From Candidatus Baldrarchaeota archaeon (lineage in GTDB: Archaea; Asgardarchaeota; Baldrarchaeia; Baldrarchaeales; DXJG01), in contig DXJG01000002.1 of NCBI GenBank assembly GCA_019056805.1, positions 403,103-435,102 on the forward strand: 32,000 bases of DNA. The letters are read 5' to 3'. Each line of letters opens with the position of its first letter. Position 1 is the first letter of the stretch. This document shows, piece after piece, positions 17,069-25,843 of the stretch. Below the pieces are notes generated by a model. That model searched no databases and had not been told where the DNA came from. It worked only from the letters and a program-made list of their open reading frames with translations. Position numbers and translations under genes: made by a program.

Positions 17069-17260
17069 TTATTTCCGAACTATAATTGTTTGGAGTTCAT
17101 CAAAAAGCTCAGCTATTTCTCTAAGCTTTTTCCAATCAAGATTAAATCGTGCATTAATTGTTGCAATATCCTCTAGATGCTCTGTCAAGTTTCTTACGTC
17201 TTCCTCGTCTGCATAAACATACATAATTACCAAGTGGAGGGTTCTAACCAATTTAATCAC
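17069..17260 (-). CDS. Small hypothetical protein or gene remnant (51-63 aa)
   Basis: Amphipathic acidic helical sequence (EEDVRNLTEHLEDI...LDWKKLREIAELF); no clear SD; upstream frames are closed. Confidence 0.3.
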   Translation of the reverse strand: MIKLVRTLHLVIMYVYADEEDVRNLTEHLEDIATINARFNLDWKKLREIAELFDELQTIIVRK

Positions 17261-17720
17261 ACAGGAGGGTTGAATTCGTTTATTATCGAACTTATAATGT
17301 AATGTTAAGTGATAGTCGATATAATATTGCCTCTAATCATTATTAAATTTTATGCTCATAAAACATTTATCGACATAAAAGTACAATAAATACACATAAA
17401 AAATATTTCAAAGAAACAACATCTCTAATGCGAGCAAGGCGAAAAATCAATTATAATTTTAAACATTTTTTCACATAAAAAGATCGCCGCCCACGATGGT
17501 GTTGTTTTGTCTTACTATGACTTCATGATGCTAAAGTTTTTGATAATTTTGGACCAACTATTTAAATTTGACACAAACGAAAAATAGGCATTATGCCCAT
17601 CGAATGGATTTCATTAATGTAGTAACTAGTGGAAATCACTCTATATTTTCCTTTAATATCTAAGATATTTTTTATAGGATTTTTGTCCGATATTTTATAG
17701 AGCACGTATGGTTGGTTTGA

Positions 17721-18764
17721 ATGACGACTGCAAACAAAATAATTGAATACTACATTTATTTTGAAAACCCTTCATACGTGTTCAAGGTTAGTACAGCCCG
17801 CAAATACCTTAGATACAGGGATTTCATGACCTACGGTAGTCAACTTGTACCTGAGAGAATCGGCTCCGAAACATGGGCATTAGCTTGGGCTTACATTAGA
17901 CAAGTTGACGATATCCTTGACAATCCAAAGATGACAATTGAAAAATGTAAGGAATTTCTGGAAAACGAGATACAAGTCGTAATGGACTCTTTCAACAATA
18001 CTTATGAATTTAAACCTGGTTCTCCTCTAAGACATCTCTGGGCAAACCAATTCATAGACAACGTATACAAATACTATGATGACCGAATTCGAAAAGTTGT
18101 ATGGGATCTTTATGAAAGCGCAGTACTAGACATTAAAAGAAAAAGCAAAATTCTTAACACAAAGGAAATGAGAAAGCTTCTTTACAAAAAAGCTGTTTGT
18201 TTTTTTAAACTCTACTTCCTACTAGGAAAATTCGACTTCGGAAAATACCTTAACGACTTAGCCGAAACTCTAGGTTTAGCCTTAGGAATGCTTGACGATG
18301 CTCTCGATATAATTTATGATCACAAATCCAAATATATCAATATCACAAAAGAAGAATTAATGAAACTCGGCATTGACGCAGATCCCAGCGATAAAGATTT
18401 CATAAAACAACTTATAAGAAAGGGCTATTATGATTACAAGAGCTATCAAATCATGAGGCTCCTGTTAAAAGCCCGTAAACTTGCTAGAAAAATTAGAAGT
18501 ATTTACTTAAGAAGTTTAATTCTCAGACTTACAGAAGTTTTCGCATCTCCAATACTAGAAGGAAGATTTTTACCCGGGCAACAATATCTGTTTAAAGGTG
18601 GAAAATATCTAAAGGCAATTTTACCTGAAAATGAGATGGTAGCCTACAAAATCGGACACCAAATAATGAAAGTTGCTCTACTTTTTCCCCAAACATTTCC
18701 AGGACTTTTTAATGCTTTTTTCAAAACTAAAATACCGAAAGCTAAAAATCAATCCAAAACCTAA
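17721..18764 (+). CDS. Class I isoprenoid synthase-fold protein (squalene/phytoene synthase-like)
   Basis: AYIRQVDDILD resembles the YAFCRxxDDxxD motif; LGLALGMLDDALDIIYD.KSKYINITKEEL resembles LGxAxQLTNxLRDxxED...GRxYLPxEEL. Confidence 0.7.
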   Translation: MTTANKIIEYYIYFENPSYVFKVSTARKYLRYRDFMTYGSQLVPERIGSETWALAWAYIRQVDDILDNPKMTIEKCKEFLENEIQVVMDSFNNTYEFKPGSPLRHLWANQFIDNVYKYYDDRIRKVVWDLYESAVLDIKRKSKILNTKEMRKLLYKKAVCFFKLYFLLGKFDFGKYLNDLAETLGLALGMLDDALDIIYDHKSKYINITKEELMKLGIDADPSDKDFIKQLIRKGYYDYKSYQIMRLLLKARKLARKIRSIYLRSLILRLTEVFASPILEGRFLPGQQYLFKGGKYLKAILPENEMVAYKIGHQIMKVALLFPQTFPGLFNAFFKTKIPKAKNQSKT

Positions 18765-18842
18765 TAAATATCCGTGTTCTATGGAAAATCAAAAAATTGA
18801 ACATGCAATTAGTGCTATTTCCTTATATCGGGGGATTAAAAT

Positions 18843-20009
18843 ATGGGAAAAATAGCTGAACTGGTTGAAAAACATTCAAATTATCGTAAAGAAACCTTGA
18901 ACCTAATACCAAGTGAAAACATAATGACTCCTTCTTCTAGACATCTATTATGCCCCGATTTAGTTCACAGGTATGTAAATCCACACAACGTTTATGGTGG
19001 AACCAAATATAGTGATGCAATAGTTGAAGAAACCCGCAAAATGGCTCAAAAAATATTTAAATCCGAATTTGCTTTTATAGAACCCTTAAGCGGAAATATA
19101 GCTGTCCTAGCCGCCATATATGCCTTTACAAACATAGGCGACAAAGTTATGATAGTATCACCCGACGACGGCGGATACCCTATAAACCTGGAAAAACTAG
19201 GAAGAAAACCAGTATACTTTCCATTTGATAAAGAAAAAATGAATATTGCTGTTGAAAAAGCTGAAAAACTCATTTTAAAAGAAAAACCAAAACTTATAAT
19301 ATTTGGGCAAAGCTTATTTTTGTTCCCACATCCAGTTAAAGAATTATCAGAAACTGCTAAAGAAGTTGGAGCAACTACAGTTTACGATGGAAGCCATGTT
19401 CTAGGATTAATCGCTGGAGGAGTATTTCAAGACCCCTTAAGGGAAGGCGCGCAAATACTTCTAGGTAGCACGCATAAAACTTTCCCAGGGCCTCAAGGAG
19501 GCATCATTGTAGGCATCGGCGAGAAAGAAGAACAAAAACTCTGGGAAGCTCTAGGTTTTCCCCTTGTACTTGTCGATAATCCTCATTTACATAGAATAGC
19601 TGCCTTAGGTGCAGCACTTGAAGAATACGAGAAATACGGGCCCAACTATGCTAAACAAGTAGTTAAAAATGCCAAAACTCTCGCTGAGGAATTATATAAT
19701 GGCGGGTTAAATGTAGCATGTGCTGAACTAGGCTTTACCGAAAGCCACCAAGTCTACCTGCCAACAGACTCCCTTGAAGAAGGAAGAAAAATATATAATG
19801 TACTTGAAGAAGCTGGAATCATAGTTGACGCCCTTGTTAGACTTGGAACTCAAGAAGTTACAATGATGGGAATGAAAGAAGAGGAAATGAGAAAAATAGC
19901 ATCATTCATTCTTGACGCCCTTTCTAGAAACAAACCCTTAAAATCAATTAAAACCGAAGTAAAAAATTTCCTAAAAGAATTTACATCAAAATACAGCAAC
20001 TATACATAA
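18843..20009 (+). CDS. glyA: Serine hydroxymethyltransferase (archaeal type)
   Basis: LNLIPSEN, YGGTKY, PLSGNIA, YDGSHVLGLIAGG, GSTHKTFPGPQGG (PLP Lys), ESHQV, RLGTQEVT. Confidence 0.93.
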   Translation: MGKIAELVEKHSNYRKETLNLIPSENIMTPSSRHLLCPDLVHRYVNPHNVYGGTKYSDAIVEETRKMAQKIFKSEFAFIEPLSGNIAVLAAIYAFTNIGDKVMIVSPDDGGYPINLEKLGRKPVYFPFDKEKMNIAVEKAEKLILKEKPKLIIFGQSLFLFPHPVKELSETAKEVGATTVYDGSHVLGLIAGGVFQDPLREGAQILLGSTHKTFPGPQGGIIVGIGEKEEQKLWEALGFPLVLVDNPHLHRIAALGAALEEYEKYGPNYAKQVVKNAKTLAEELYNGGLNVACAELGFTESHQVYLPTDSLEEGRKIYNVLEEAGIIVDALVRLGTQEVTMMGMKEEEMRKIASFILDALSRNKPLKSIKTEVKNFLKEFTSKYSNYT

Positions 20010-20156
20010 ATTTCCAGCAACAATTTCAAAGCAACTTCTGCTACCTGTCTCTATAAATGATTTCTTACTATTTTTGTAACAAGATAACCCTTCCAATAAT
20101 CATGTAAGAAAGAAAATAAAAGATAAATTGTACCTATATGTCATTGGTGATCACTT

Positions 20157-20222
20157 ATGCCTAGAAAATGTGGACGGAAATCAAAAGGAAAGAAAACTAC
20201 AAAGAGTAAAAAGTCGAAATAA
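20157..20222 (+). CDS. Unannotated 21-aa very basic peptide MPRKCGRKSKGKKTTKSKKSK
   Basis: ATG 20157 to TAA 20222; GGTGA SD at 20146-20150 with 6-nt spacing, as for serK; 11 of 21 residues are K/R; in-frame TGA immediately upstream. Confidence 0.55.
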   Translation: MPRKCGRKSKGKKTTKSKKSK

Positions 20223-20399
20223 AAACATATGTTAGCCTAAGTTTCCGTATTAAAAGCTCAAAAACTACCGTCAAGAGCCATAAGCCAGCTTGGACGTTTT
20301 ATTTAAATATACTAAAATCTCATTTTATTCGTGATCATATCAATTGACAACAAATGTTACCAATGCTATTTTCGCGTAACTTGATTTGGGTGATTGCCA

Positions 20400-21161
20400 A
20401 TGCCCGAGTTTGTTGAAATTCGAACCGAGCCCGAAGAGGAAAAACCCGAACTGGACGTTCCTTTTGAATTATTAAATTTAGATTTGTTAAAACCTCATGA
20501 GGAACTCGATCCAAATGAATTAGAGGCATTTATCGAAAGTGTAACCGGTTCTGGCATTTTTTGGAAAGCAGCCTTAATTTCTAAAGAGGGCTATGTCATT
20601 TTAGATGGTCATCATAGGTGGGCAGGCCTCAAAAAGTTAAATGCTAAGGTTATGCCCTGCATCCTTCTAGATTACATAAACAATCCTGAAGTAAAGGTAT
20701 ATACGTGGTATCCCTTTATTATTGGATCATTAAATCATCTGATAAAGGTTCTAGAAAACATCAAGGAAGTTGAGCTTATTTACGAGAACAACAAAAATGT
20801 TGTATTTGAGATGGTTAAAAATATGGAAGCTGCATTTGGACTAATTCACTCAAACAGCAACAAAGATTTCATCATTATTACAGGTAACGATGATCCTTAC
20901 GATCTCCAAAAAATTATTATTAAACATCTAATTAATGACCAAGAAATTCAGCTAGGTTATATTGATACAATTAAGGGTGCCGAAGATCTGATATCTCAAG
21001 GTAAGGCTGTAGCTTATTTTGTTAGGCGAGCTCCTACAAAACAGGAAATCGTAGAACGCGCATCTAGAGGCAAAGTCTATCCACCGAAAACAACTCGTCA
21101 TTCACTTCCTTTTGTTCCCAAAAAGATACACGTGCCTTTAGAAAAATTATTAAACCCCTAA
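20400..21161 (+). CDS. serK: ADP-dependent free serine kinase SerK (ParB/Srx fold)
   Basis: LKPHEEL..ELEAFIESVTGSGIFWK, LDGHHRWAGLKKL, VKVYTWYP, RRAPTKQE, PKTTRH.LPFVP..I.V.LE.L closely match Thermococcus SerK as recalled; ATG is 6 nt after GGTGA. Confidence 0.88.
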   Translation: MPEFVEIRTEPEEEKPELDVPFELLNLDLLKPHEELDPNELEAFIESVTGSGIFWKAALISKEGYVILDGHHRWAGLKKLNAKVMPCILLDYINNPEVKVYTWYPFIIGSLNHLIKVLENIKEVELIYENNKNVVFEMVKNMEAAFGLIHSNSNKDFIIITGNDDPYDLQKIIIKHLINDQEIQLGYIDTIKGAEDLISQGKAVAYFVRRAPTKQEIVERASRGKVYPPKTTRHSLPFVPKKIHVPLEKLLNP

Positions 21162-21274
21162 AGTTTTTTGCTACAATTTTTGTTCCATTTTGCTGTTCTT
21201 GACATCGCCATATTATACGTAAGATTTATAACTGTGTTATATATCATTGTTATATATTCAGGGAGGACGCCAAA

Positions 21275-22252
21275 GTGAAAGTAGCAGAAAGTGTTCTAGA
21301 CCTAGTTGGAGAAACTCCCCTCGTGAAAATCAGAAAACTAAACCCCAACAAAAATGTAACAATATACGCCAAACTTGAATGGTATAACCCGATGGGATCA
21401 GTAAAAGATCGTATAGCTCTAAAAATGATTGAAAATGCTGAAAAACGCAGAGAACTCACGAAAGACAAGATCATATTGGAACCAACTTCAGGTAACACCG
21501 GTATCGGCTTAGCAATGGTTGCTGCTGTAAAAGGATACAAATGTATATTCGTCATGCCCGCAAGTGTAAGCATCGAGAGAATGATACTTCTCAAAACTCT
21601 AGGAGCGGATATTATCTTAACACCTCCAGAGGAGGGTATGGATGGCGCGATAAAAAGAGCTCGTGAAATGGCTAAAGACCCTAAATACTTTATGCCCAAT
21701 CAATTTGATAACCTTGATAATGTACGAGCACACTACGAAACCACTGGTCCAGAGATATGGAAACAAACAAAAGGAAAAATTACTCACTTCATTGCCGGCA
21801 TGGGTACCAGTGGCACACTAATGGGTGCGGGTAAATACCTAAAAGAGAAAAATCCTAAAATTCAAATCATTGGTGTTGAACCAGAGCCTAATCACAAAAT
21901 TCAAGGTTTAAAAAACATGAGTGAAGCTATCGTACCTAAGATATATGATGAATCCCGACTTGACAGAAAAATAGTGGTTACTACCGAGCAAGCTTATAAA
22001 ACTGCCAGGGAACTGATGAGAAAAGAAGGATTATTTGTCGGCATGTCTGCAGGAGCAGCCATGTATGCAGCCATGCAAGTAGCAAAGGAAGTCGACACGG
22101 GTGTCTTTGTAGTAATATTTCCAGATCATGGATTCAAATACCTGAGTACTCCGCTTTGTATGAGCGATGAGATATTAAAAACACTCAGAGAGCTAAGTAA
22201 AGCCTTCAAAATCCCAGAAACGGGATTATTTAAACCTGTAGAAGTTGTTTAA
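21275..22252 (+). CDS. cysK: PLP-dependent cysteine synthase family (probably O-phosphoserine sulfhydrylase)
   Basis: KLEWYNPMGSVKDR, EPTSGNTGIG, NQFDN..N, GMGTSGT, GMSAGA, FPDHGFKYLS; GTG start, GGAGG SD. Confidence 0.9.
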   Translation: MKVAESVLDLVGETPLVKIRKLNPNKNVTIYAKLEWYNPMGSVKDRIALKMIENAEKRRELTKDKIILEPTSGNTGIGLAMVAAVKGYKCIFVMPASVSIERMILLKTLGADIILTPPEEGMDGAIKRAREMAKDPKYFMPNQFDNLDNVRAHYETTGPEIWKQTKGKITHFIAGMGTSGTLMGAGKYLKEKNPKIQIIGVEPEPNHKIQGLKNMSEAIVPKIYDESRLDRKIVVTTEQAYKTARELMRKEGLFVGMSAGAAMYAAMQVAKEVDTGVFVVIFPDHGFKYLSTPLCMSDEILKTLRELSKAFKIPETGLFKPVEVV

Positions 22253-22322
22253 ACTAATAAATTTTACATCATTTTAACATAATCTCATTTATAATTCTCG
22301 CTCTTCTAAGTCTACCAAACTA

Positions 22323-22745
22323 TTATTTTCCTTCTTTTTCCTCTTGAGACTCTTTTTCCATAGATTCAATGGTAATTTTCACTGGCAAAAGAGGAGGTTT
22401 TAACTCCATTTTCTTAGGAAACTGTAACATAAGAAGTTTTGAGAGTTTCTGTTGTAATTCGCTGGCAAGCTTCTTAACCAATTCTAGCGGAGGGACTGCC
22501 GAATAAATGTAAGGTCTTCTTCCAAGAAGGCCTATTCCTCCTTTTTTCTTCCTCTTTATAACCCCCATATTGTACATTTCAACTAAAGCTTCCCTTACAG
22601 CAGTTGGATAAATTTTTGTTCCCTCAGCTATTTGCTCCGCTGTAGCTTCCCCAGCTCTACAAAGGTAGACGTAAATTTTTGCTTGTGTCTCTGTCATTTT
22701 TAATTCCTTGAGAATTTGAACAACAGTCTCTTCTAGATTCTTCAT
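22323..22745 (-). CDS. TrmB-family wHTH transcriptional regulator (140 aa, no sugar-binding domain)
   Basis: LKELKMTETQAKIYVYL...TAEQIAEGTKIYPTAVREALVEM...G...RPYIYSAVPP; ATG 22745 with GGAGG at 22759-22755. The 100 upstream codons in the track are spurious. Confidence 0.85.
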   Translation of the reverse strand: MKNLEETVVQILKELKMTETQAKIYVYLCRAGEATAEQIAEGTKIYPTAVREALVEMYNMGVIKRKKKGGIGLLGRRPYIYSAVPPLELVKKLASELQQKLSKLLMLQFPKKMELKPPLLPVKITIESMEKESQEEKEGK

Positions 22746-22866
22746 AGTTCCATTCCTCCAGAAGTTATATAGAGGGGTAGGATATTTAAATCTTTTTGAC
22801 ATTAATACAATGACAAAATAGAAAAATTTAAAAATCTTACATATACCATTAATAGTGGTGATAAAA

Positions 22867-23013
22867 ATGTTCTGGAGAAGAAAAACAAAAGAAGAAAAAC
22901 TAAAAGAAAAAATAAAAAGGATATCCAAAGAATCAAGAGAAGCCATGGAATTAGCAGGACAAATAATACTTGAAAGAGTATCAAAACTCCAAAAAAGAAT
23001 ATTCCCCAACTGA
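22867..23013 (+). CDS. Unannotated 48-aa basic helical protein MFWRRKTKEEKLKEKIKRISKESREAMELAGQIILERVSKLQKRIFPN
   Basis: ATG 22867 with GGTGA SD at 22857-22861; TATA-like AAAAATTTAAAAA at ~22822-22834; A-ending codons typical of + strand genes; stop TGA 23011-23013. Confidence 0.7.
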   Translation: MFWRRKTKEEKLKEKIKRISKESREAMELAGQIILERVSKLQKRIFPN

Positions 23014-23164
23014 ACAAGCAACAATACACAATAGTCCAAAAACATTATTCTACCAAATTTATAAACTCGCTTAGATAAACATTCCTAAATATCATGAAAA
23101 AAACATTAAACATAATTTATTGATATTTTTAACCCCTATTTTTCATTATTATAAAAGTAATGTT

Positions 23165-24247
23165 TTAATGATCTGTTATTGAACTTCTAGAAAGTTCTGA
23201 TCTTACAAAATCCTCTCTAGTTTCATCACTATTCAAATTTAGCATAAATTTACGGACATTTAAAATGAAATCTACAATACTTTCAACATTTTGCCTATAC
23301 ACTACTGTCAAAGGTTCACCATTCGTATCCGCTTGTAAAACGGCACCAGAAGCAGCTATTCCAGTTTCAATAGCTAATCTGATTCCTTCCCCAGAAAAAG
23401 GATTACAAAATCCACCTGCATCCCCAACAAAAATAACATTATCTTTCCCTTCTACAATTGTACCCTGTGGTATAAAGCCGACTTCCTTCTTTATTAGTGA
23501 AATAGGTACAAAATTAAACTCGTCACTTAATACCTTCTTAAACCTTTCAAGATACTCTTGGAGCTTTCTTATTTTATCCCTTGGAACACCAATACCTATA
23601 ATGAAAAGATCGTTTTTTGGAATAACATAACCATAGATAGGTGTAATATCCTTACTAAGAAGAAACATGTAGAAATACTCACTAAAATCTCCTTTTGCTT
23701 CCCAATGCTCTTGCAAAATTCCCGCAATATCAAAATCAGAAAAAGAGAATATATGTCTTCTCACATTTGATAAAGCTCCATCAGCACCTATTAAGTAACG
23801 AGTTTTAAATTTTAGAATGTCATTACCAGCTTTAACTAAAACTTTGATATCTTTTTCTTCTTCCCTAAATTCGAGAAACGCCGTATTAAAAAGTATTGGA
23901 ATCTTTTTCTTTATGGCTACCGAACAAAGCCATGCATCAAACATTGATCTACTAATGTTTAAAAGTTTATAATTGCGTAAAACTCCACCGTTCTCCCTAC
24001 CACTTGGAGGAACATAAAATAATCCTAGGGATTGCGGGAAGCTTAACACATCTGAAGGTATTCTTAAACTAAATTCATAATCCAAGATGTCTTGACACAC
24101 TAATGGAAGGATACCACCACAAGGCTTCGATCTCCCATATTTTCCTCTTTCAATTACTAAAACGTTATAGCCTTGTTCAGCGCATTTTAATGCTGTAGAT
24201 AATCCTGAGGGTCCTGCACCGACTACTATAACGTCGAATGTTCGCAT
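23165..24247 (-). CDS. Geranylgeranyl reductase-family FAD oxidoreductase (LipT-like by context)
   Basis: VVGAGPSG, KPCGG, LIGADGALS.VR, YGYVIPK, VGDAGGFCNPFSGEGI. Confidence 0.85.
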   Translation of the reverse strand: MRTFDVIVVGAGPSGLSTALKCAEQGYNVLVIERGKYGRSKPCGGILPLVCQDILDYEFSLRIPSDVLSFPQSLGLFYVPPSGRENGGVLRNYKLLNISRSMFDAWLCSVAIKKKIPILFNTAFLEFREEEKDIKVLVKAGNDILKFKTRYLIGADGALSNVRRHIFSFSDFDIAGILQEHWEAKGDFSEYFYMFLLSKDITPIYGYVIPKNDLFIIGIGVPRDKIRKLQEYLERFKKVLSDEFNFVPISLIKKEVGFIPQGTIVEGKDNVIFVGDAGGFCNPFSGEGIRLAIETGIAASGAVLQADTNGEPLTVVYRQNVESIVDFILNVRKFMLNLNSDETREDFVRSELSRSSITDH

Positions 24248-25830
24248 CTATATGCCTCTTCCCTTTTTTTCTGAAGATAGGTAAGAAGTTTTGAGAGTAT
24301 ATTTATTTTGAGTCTTGTTTGCGTTTCAAAATCTCCTCTATAAGCTTCTTTTTGTTTACCAAGATCGTAACATGTTCGATCATCAATATCAATAATTAAT
24401 CCAGGCACCCCCATCTCTTCGAGCTCATCACGATGTTTTTGATAAAATGCTTCGCAACAGCATCCAATGAATCCTCCTGAACCATGTTCCTTCATCATTT
24501 TTAACGTGCTCATTAAATGTTCAAAATTCTGTATGGTTATTGGCTTCAATCCTGCTTTCTCAGCTAGTATGTAAGCTTCGCCAATGGAACACAAACCACA
24601 TTTCAAACATCCTTCCTTTTTCCTATATTCACATGTAACAAGCTTGGCACAATATGGAAGAAGGAGATATTCACATTTACCAAGCATAACCTCTTTTGCT
24701 CTTCTTGTAATAGGATATATGTGGTTTACCTCATCGCTCTTAAGACCAAATTGCTCATATGAAAGCTTGTCAACAGCTTCCAAAATGATCTCCACAAAAT
24801 CTTCCGGAGAAATACCTGGAACCTGAATATCATTCTCTCTAAAGAAATCATAAACAATTTTTTTAATCTCTTTTTCATCACACGGTGTAAATTTTAATCT
24901 TGCTTCAAGATCGTAAATAGCTCGTGGAGGGAAAACAAAAAAGTCACCTGTTATCAAAACACTCTTAATTAATCCTACTTCCCTATCCAAAGCGAGAGAA
25001 ACTCGAATAATTCCCCCCGGCTTCTTTGTTATAGCATGAACTAAAGCTGGTTCTCCTGGAACCCTTCTATCTAAGAAAATCCATTCATCCGACCTAAAAT
25101 ACTGCAATCTTTCACGTAAGAATTTTTCTTCATGAAACGTAAGGTTTCCATCTTCAAGCTCTATTTCAAATGCTTCTTCAAATCCAGCTTTTATTGCATT
25201 TTTAATCTCTTCATAAGTTACATCACGGTTTAATTCCCATTTAAGACACGTAACTCTTTCTTTTACAGAATTTAACTCTTTATCCTTGAGTTTCACGATT
25301 GGTATTCTTAGTGCTTTAATCATAGTTTCTACATCGAAGTCTACTAGTAGTGTACCTTGGAATAAAATGGCATTTTCACGTTCTGTTCCACCAGTACCTG
25401 ATATCTTTCTACCATTGACTTCTATGTCATTTTTTGGACGGAAAGAAGCATTAACACCAAGATTCCTAAGCGCCTTAACTACTCCTCGACACATTATCTC
25501 AAAAAGTTCTTCGATGGAATCGTATGGAGGAATGGAACTTTTTGAAGCTATTATTTCCCATCCAATAGACGTTTCATCAAAATATATAGCTCCTCCACCA
25601 GTAATTCTTCTGTTAACATCTATACCTTTTTCCTTTACATAATCCAATCTAATTTCATGTTCAACATTTTGATGATAACCTACCAGAACCGCGGGAGGCT
25701 TAAATCTAAGAAGACGTATCGTATCTGGAATCAAATTTCTTGCTTTACACTCCAGAATTACATCGTCTAGTGCCATGTTTTCTGCAGCGGTACGAGGACC
25801 TGTATCTAAAAACCTCCATTTAGACTTCAA
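24226..25830 (-). CDS. Lipoate:protein ligase (LplA catalytic + LplB accessory domain) fused to a DUF116-like Cys-rich domain
   Basis: NMALD, RRITGGGAIYFD, RPKNDIEVNGRKISG, FQGTLL; KKPGG..ITGDFF accessory domain; LLPYCAK..C...CLKCGLC..GCCCE tail; TTG start. Confidence 0.88.
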   Translation of the reverse strand: MKSKWRFLDTGPRTAAENMALDDVILECKARNLIPDTIRLLRFKPPAVLVGYHQNVEHEIRLDYVKEKGIDVNRRITGGGAIYFDETSIGWEIIASKSSIPPYDSIEELFEIMCRGVVKALRNLGVNASFRPKNDIEVNGRKISGTGGTERENAILFQGTLLVDFDVETMIKALRIPIVKLKDKELNSVKERVTCLKWELNRDVTYEEIKNAIKAGFEEAFEIELEDGNLTFHEEKFLRERLQYFRSDEWIFLDRRVPGEPALVHAITKKPGGIIRVSLALDREVGLIKSVLITGDFFVFPPRAIYDLEARLKFTPCDEKEIKKIVYDFFRENDIQVPGISPEDFVEIILEAVDKLSYEQFGLKSDEVNHIYPITRRAKEVMLGKCEYLLLPYCAKLVTCEYRKKEGCLKCGLCSIGEAYILAEKAGLKPITIQNFEHLMSTLKMMKEHGSGGFIGCCCEAFYQKHRDELEEMGVPGLIIDIDDRTCYDLGKQKEAYRGDFETQTRLKINILSKLLTYLQKKREEAYRCEHSTL

Positions 25831-25843
25831 GATATCCCCTCAC

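Noticed and set aside
17490-17545. Possible second C/D sRNA (ATGGTGT..ATGA..ATGATGC..TTGA)
   Set aside because: All four boxes are degenerate, guide lengths are irregular and I could not recognise an rRNA or tRNA complement.
22746-23045. Hydrophobic N-terminal 'membrane domain' on the TrmB-like ORF, and ORF 22802-23029
   Set aside because: Better explained as the antisense of the K/E-rich 48-aa + strand gene and the promoter; a GGAGG SD marks the internal ATG at 22745.
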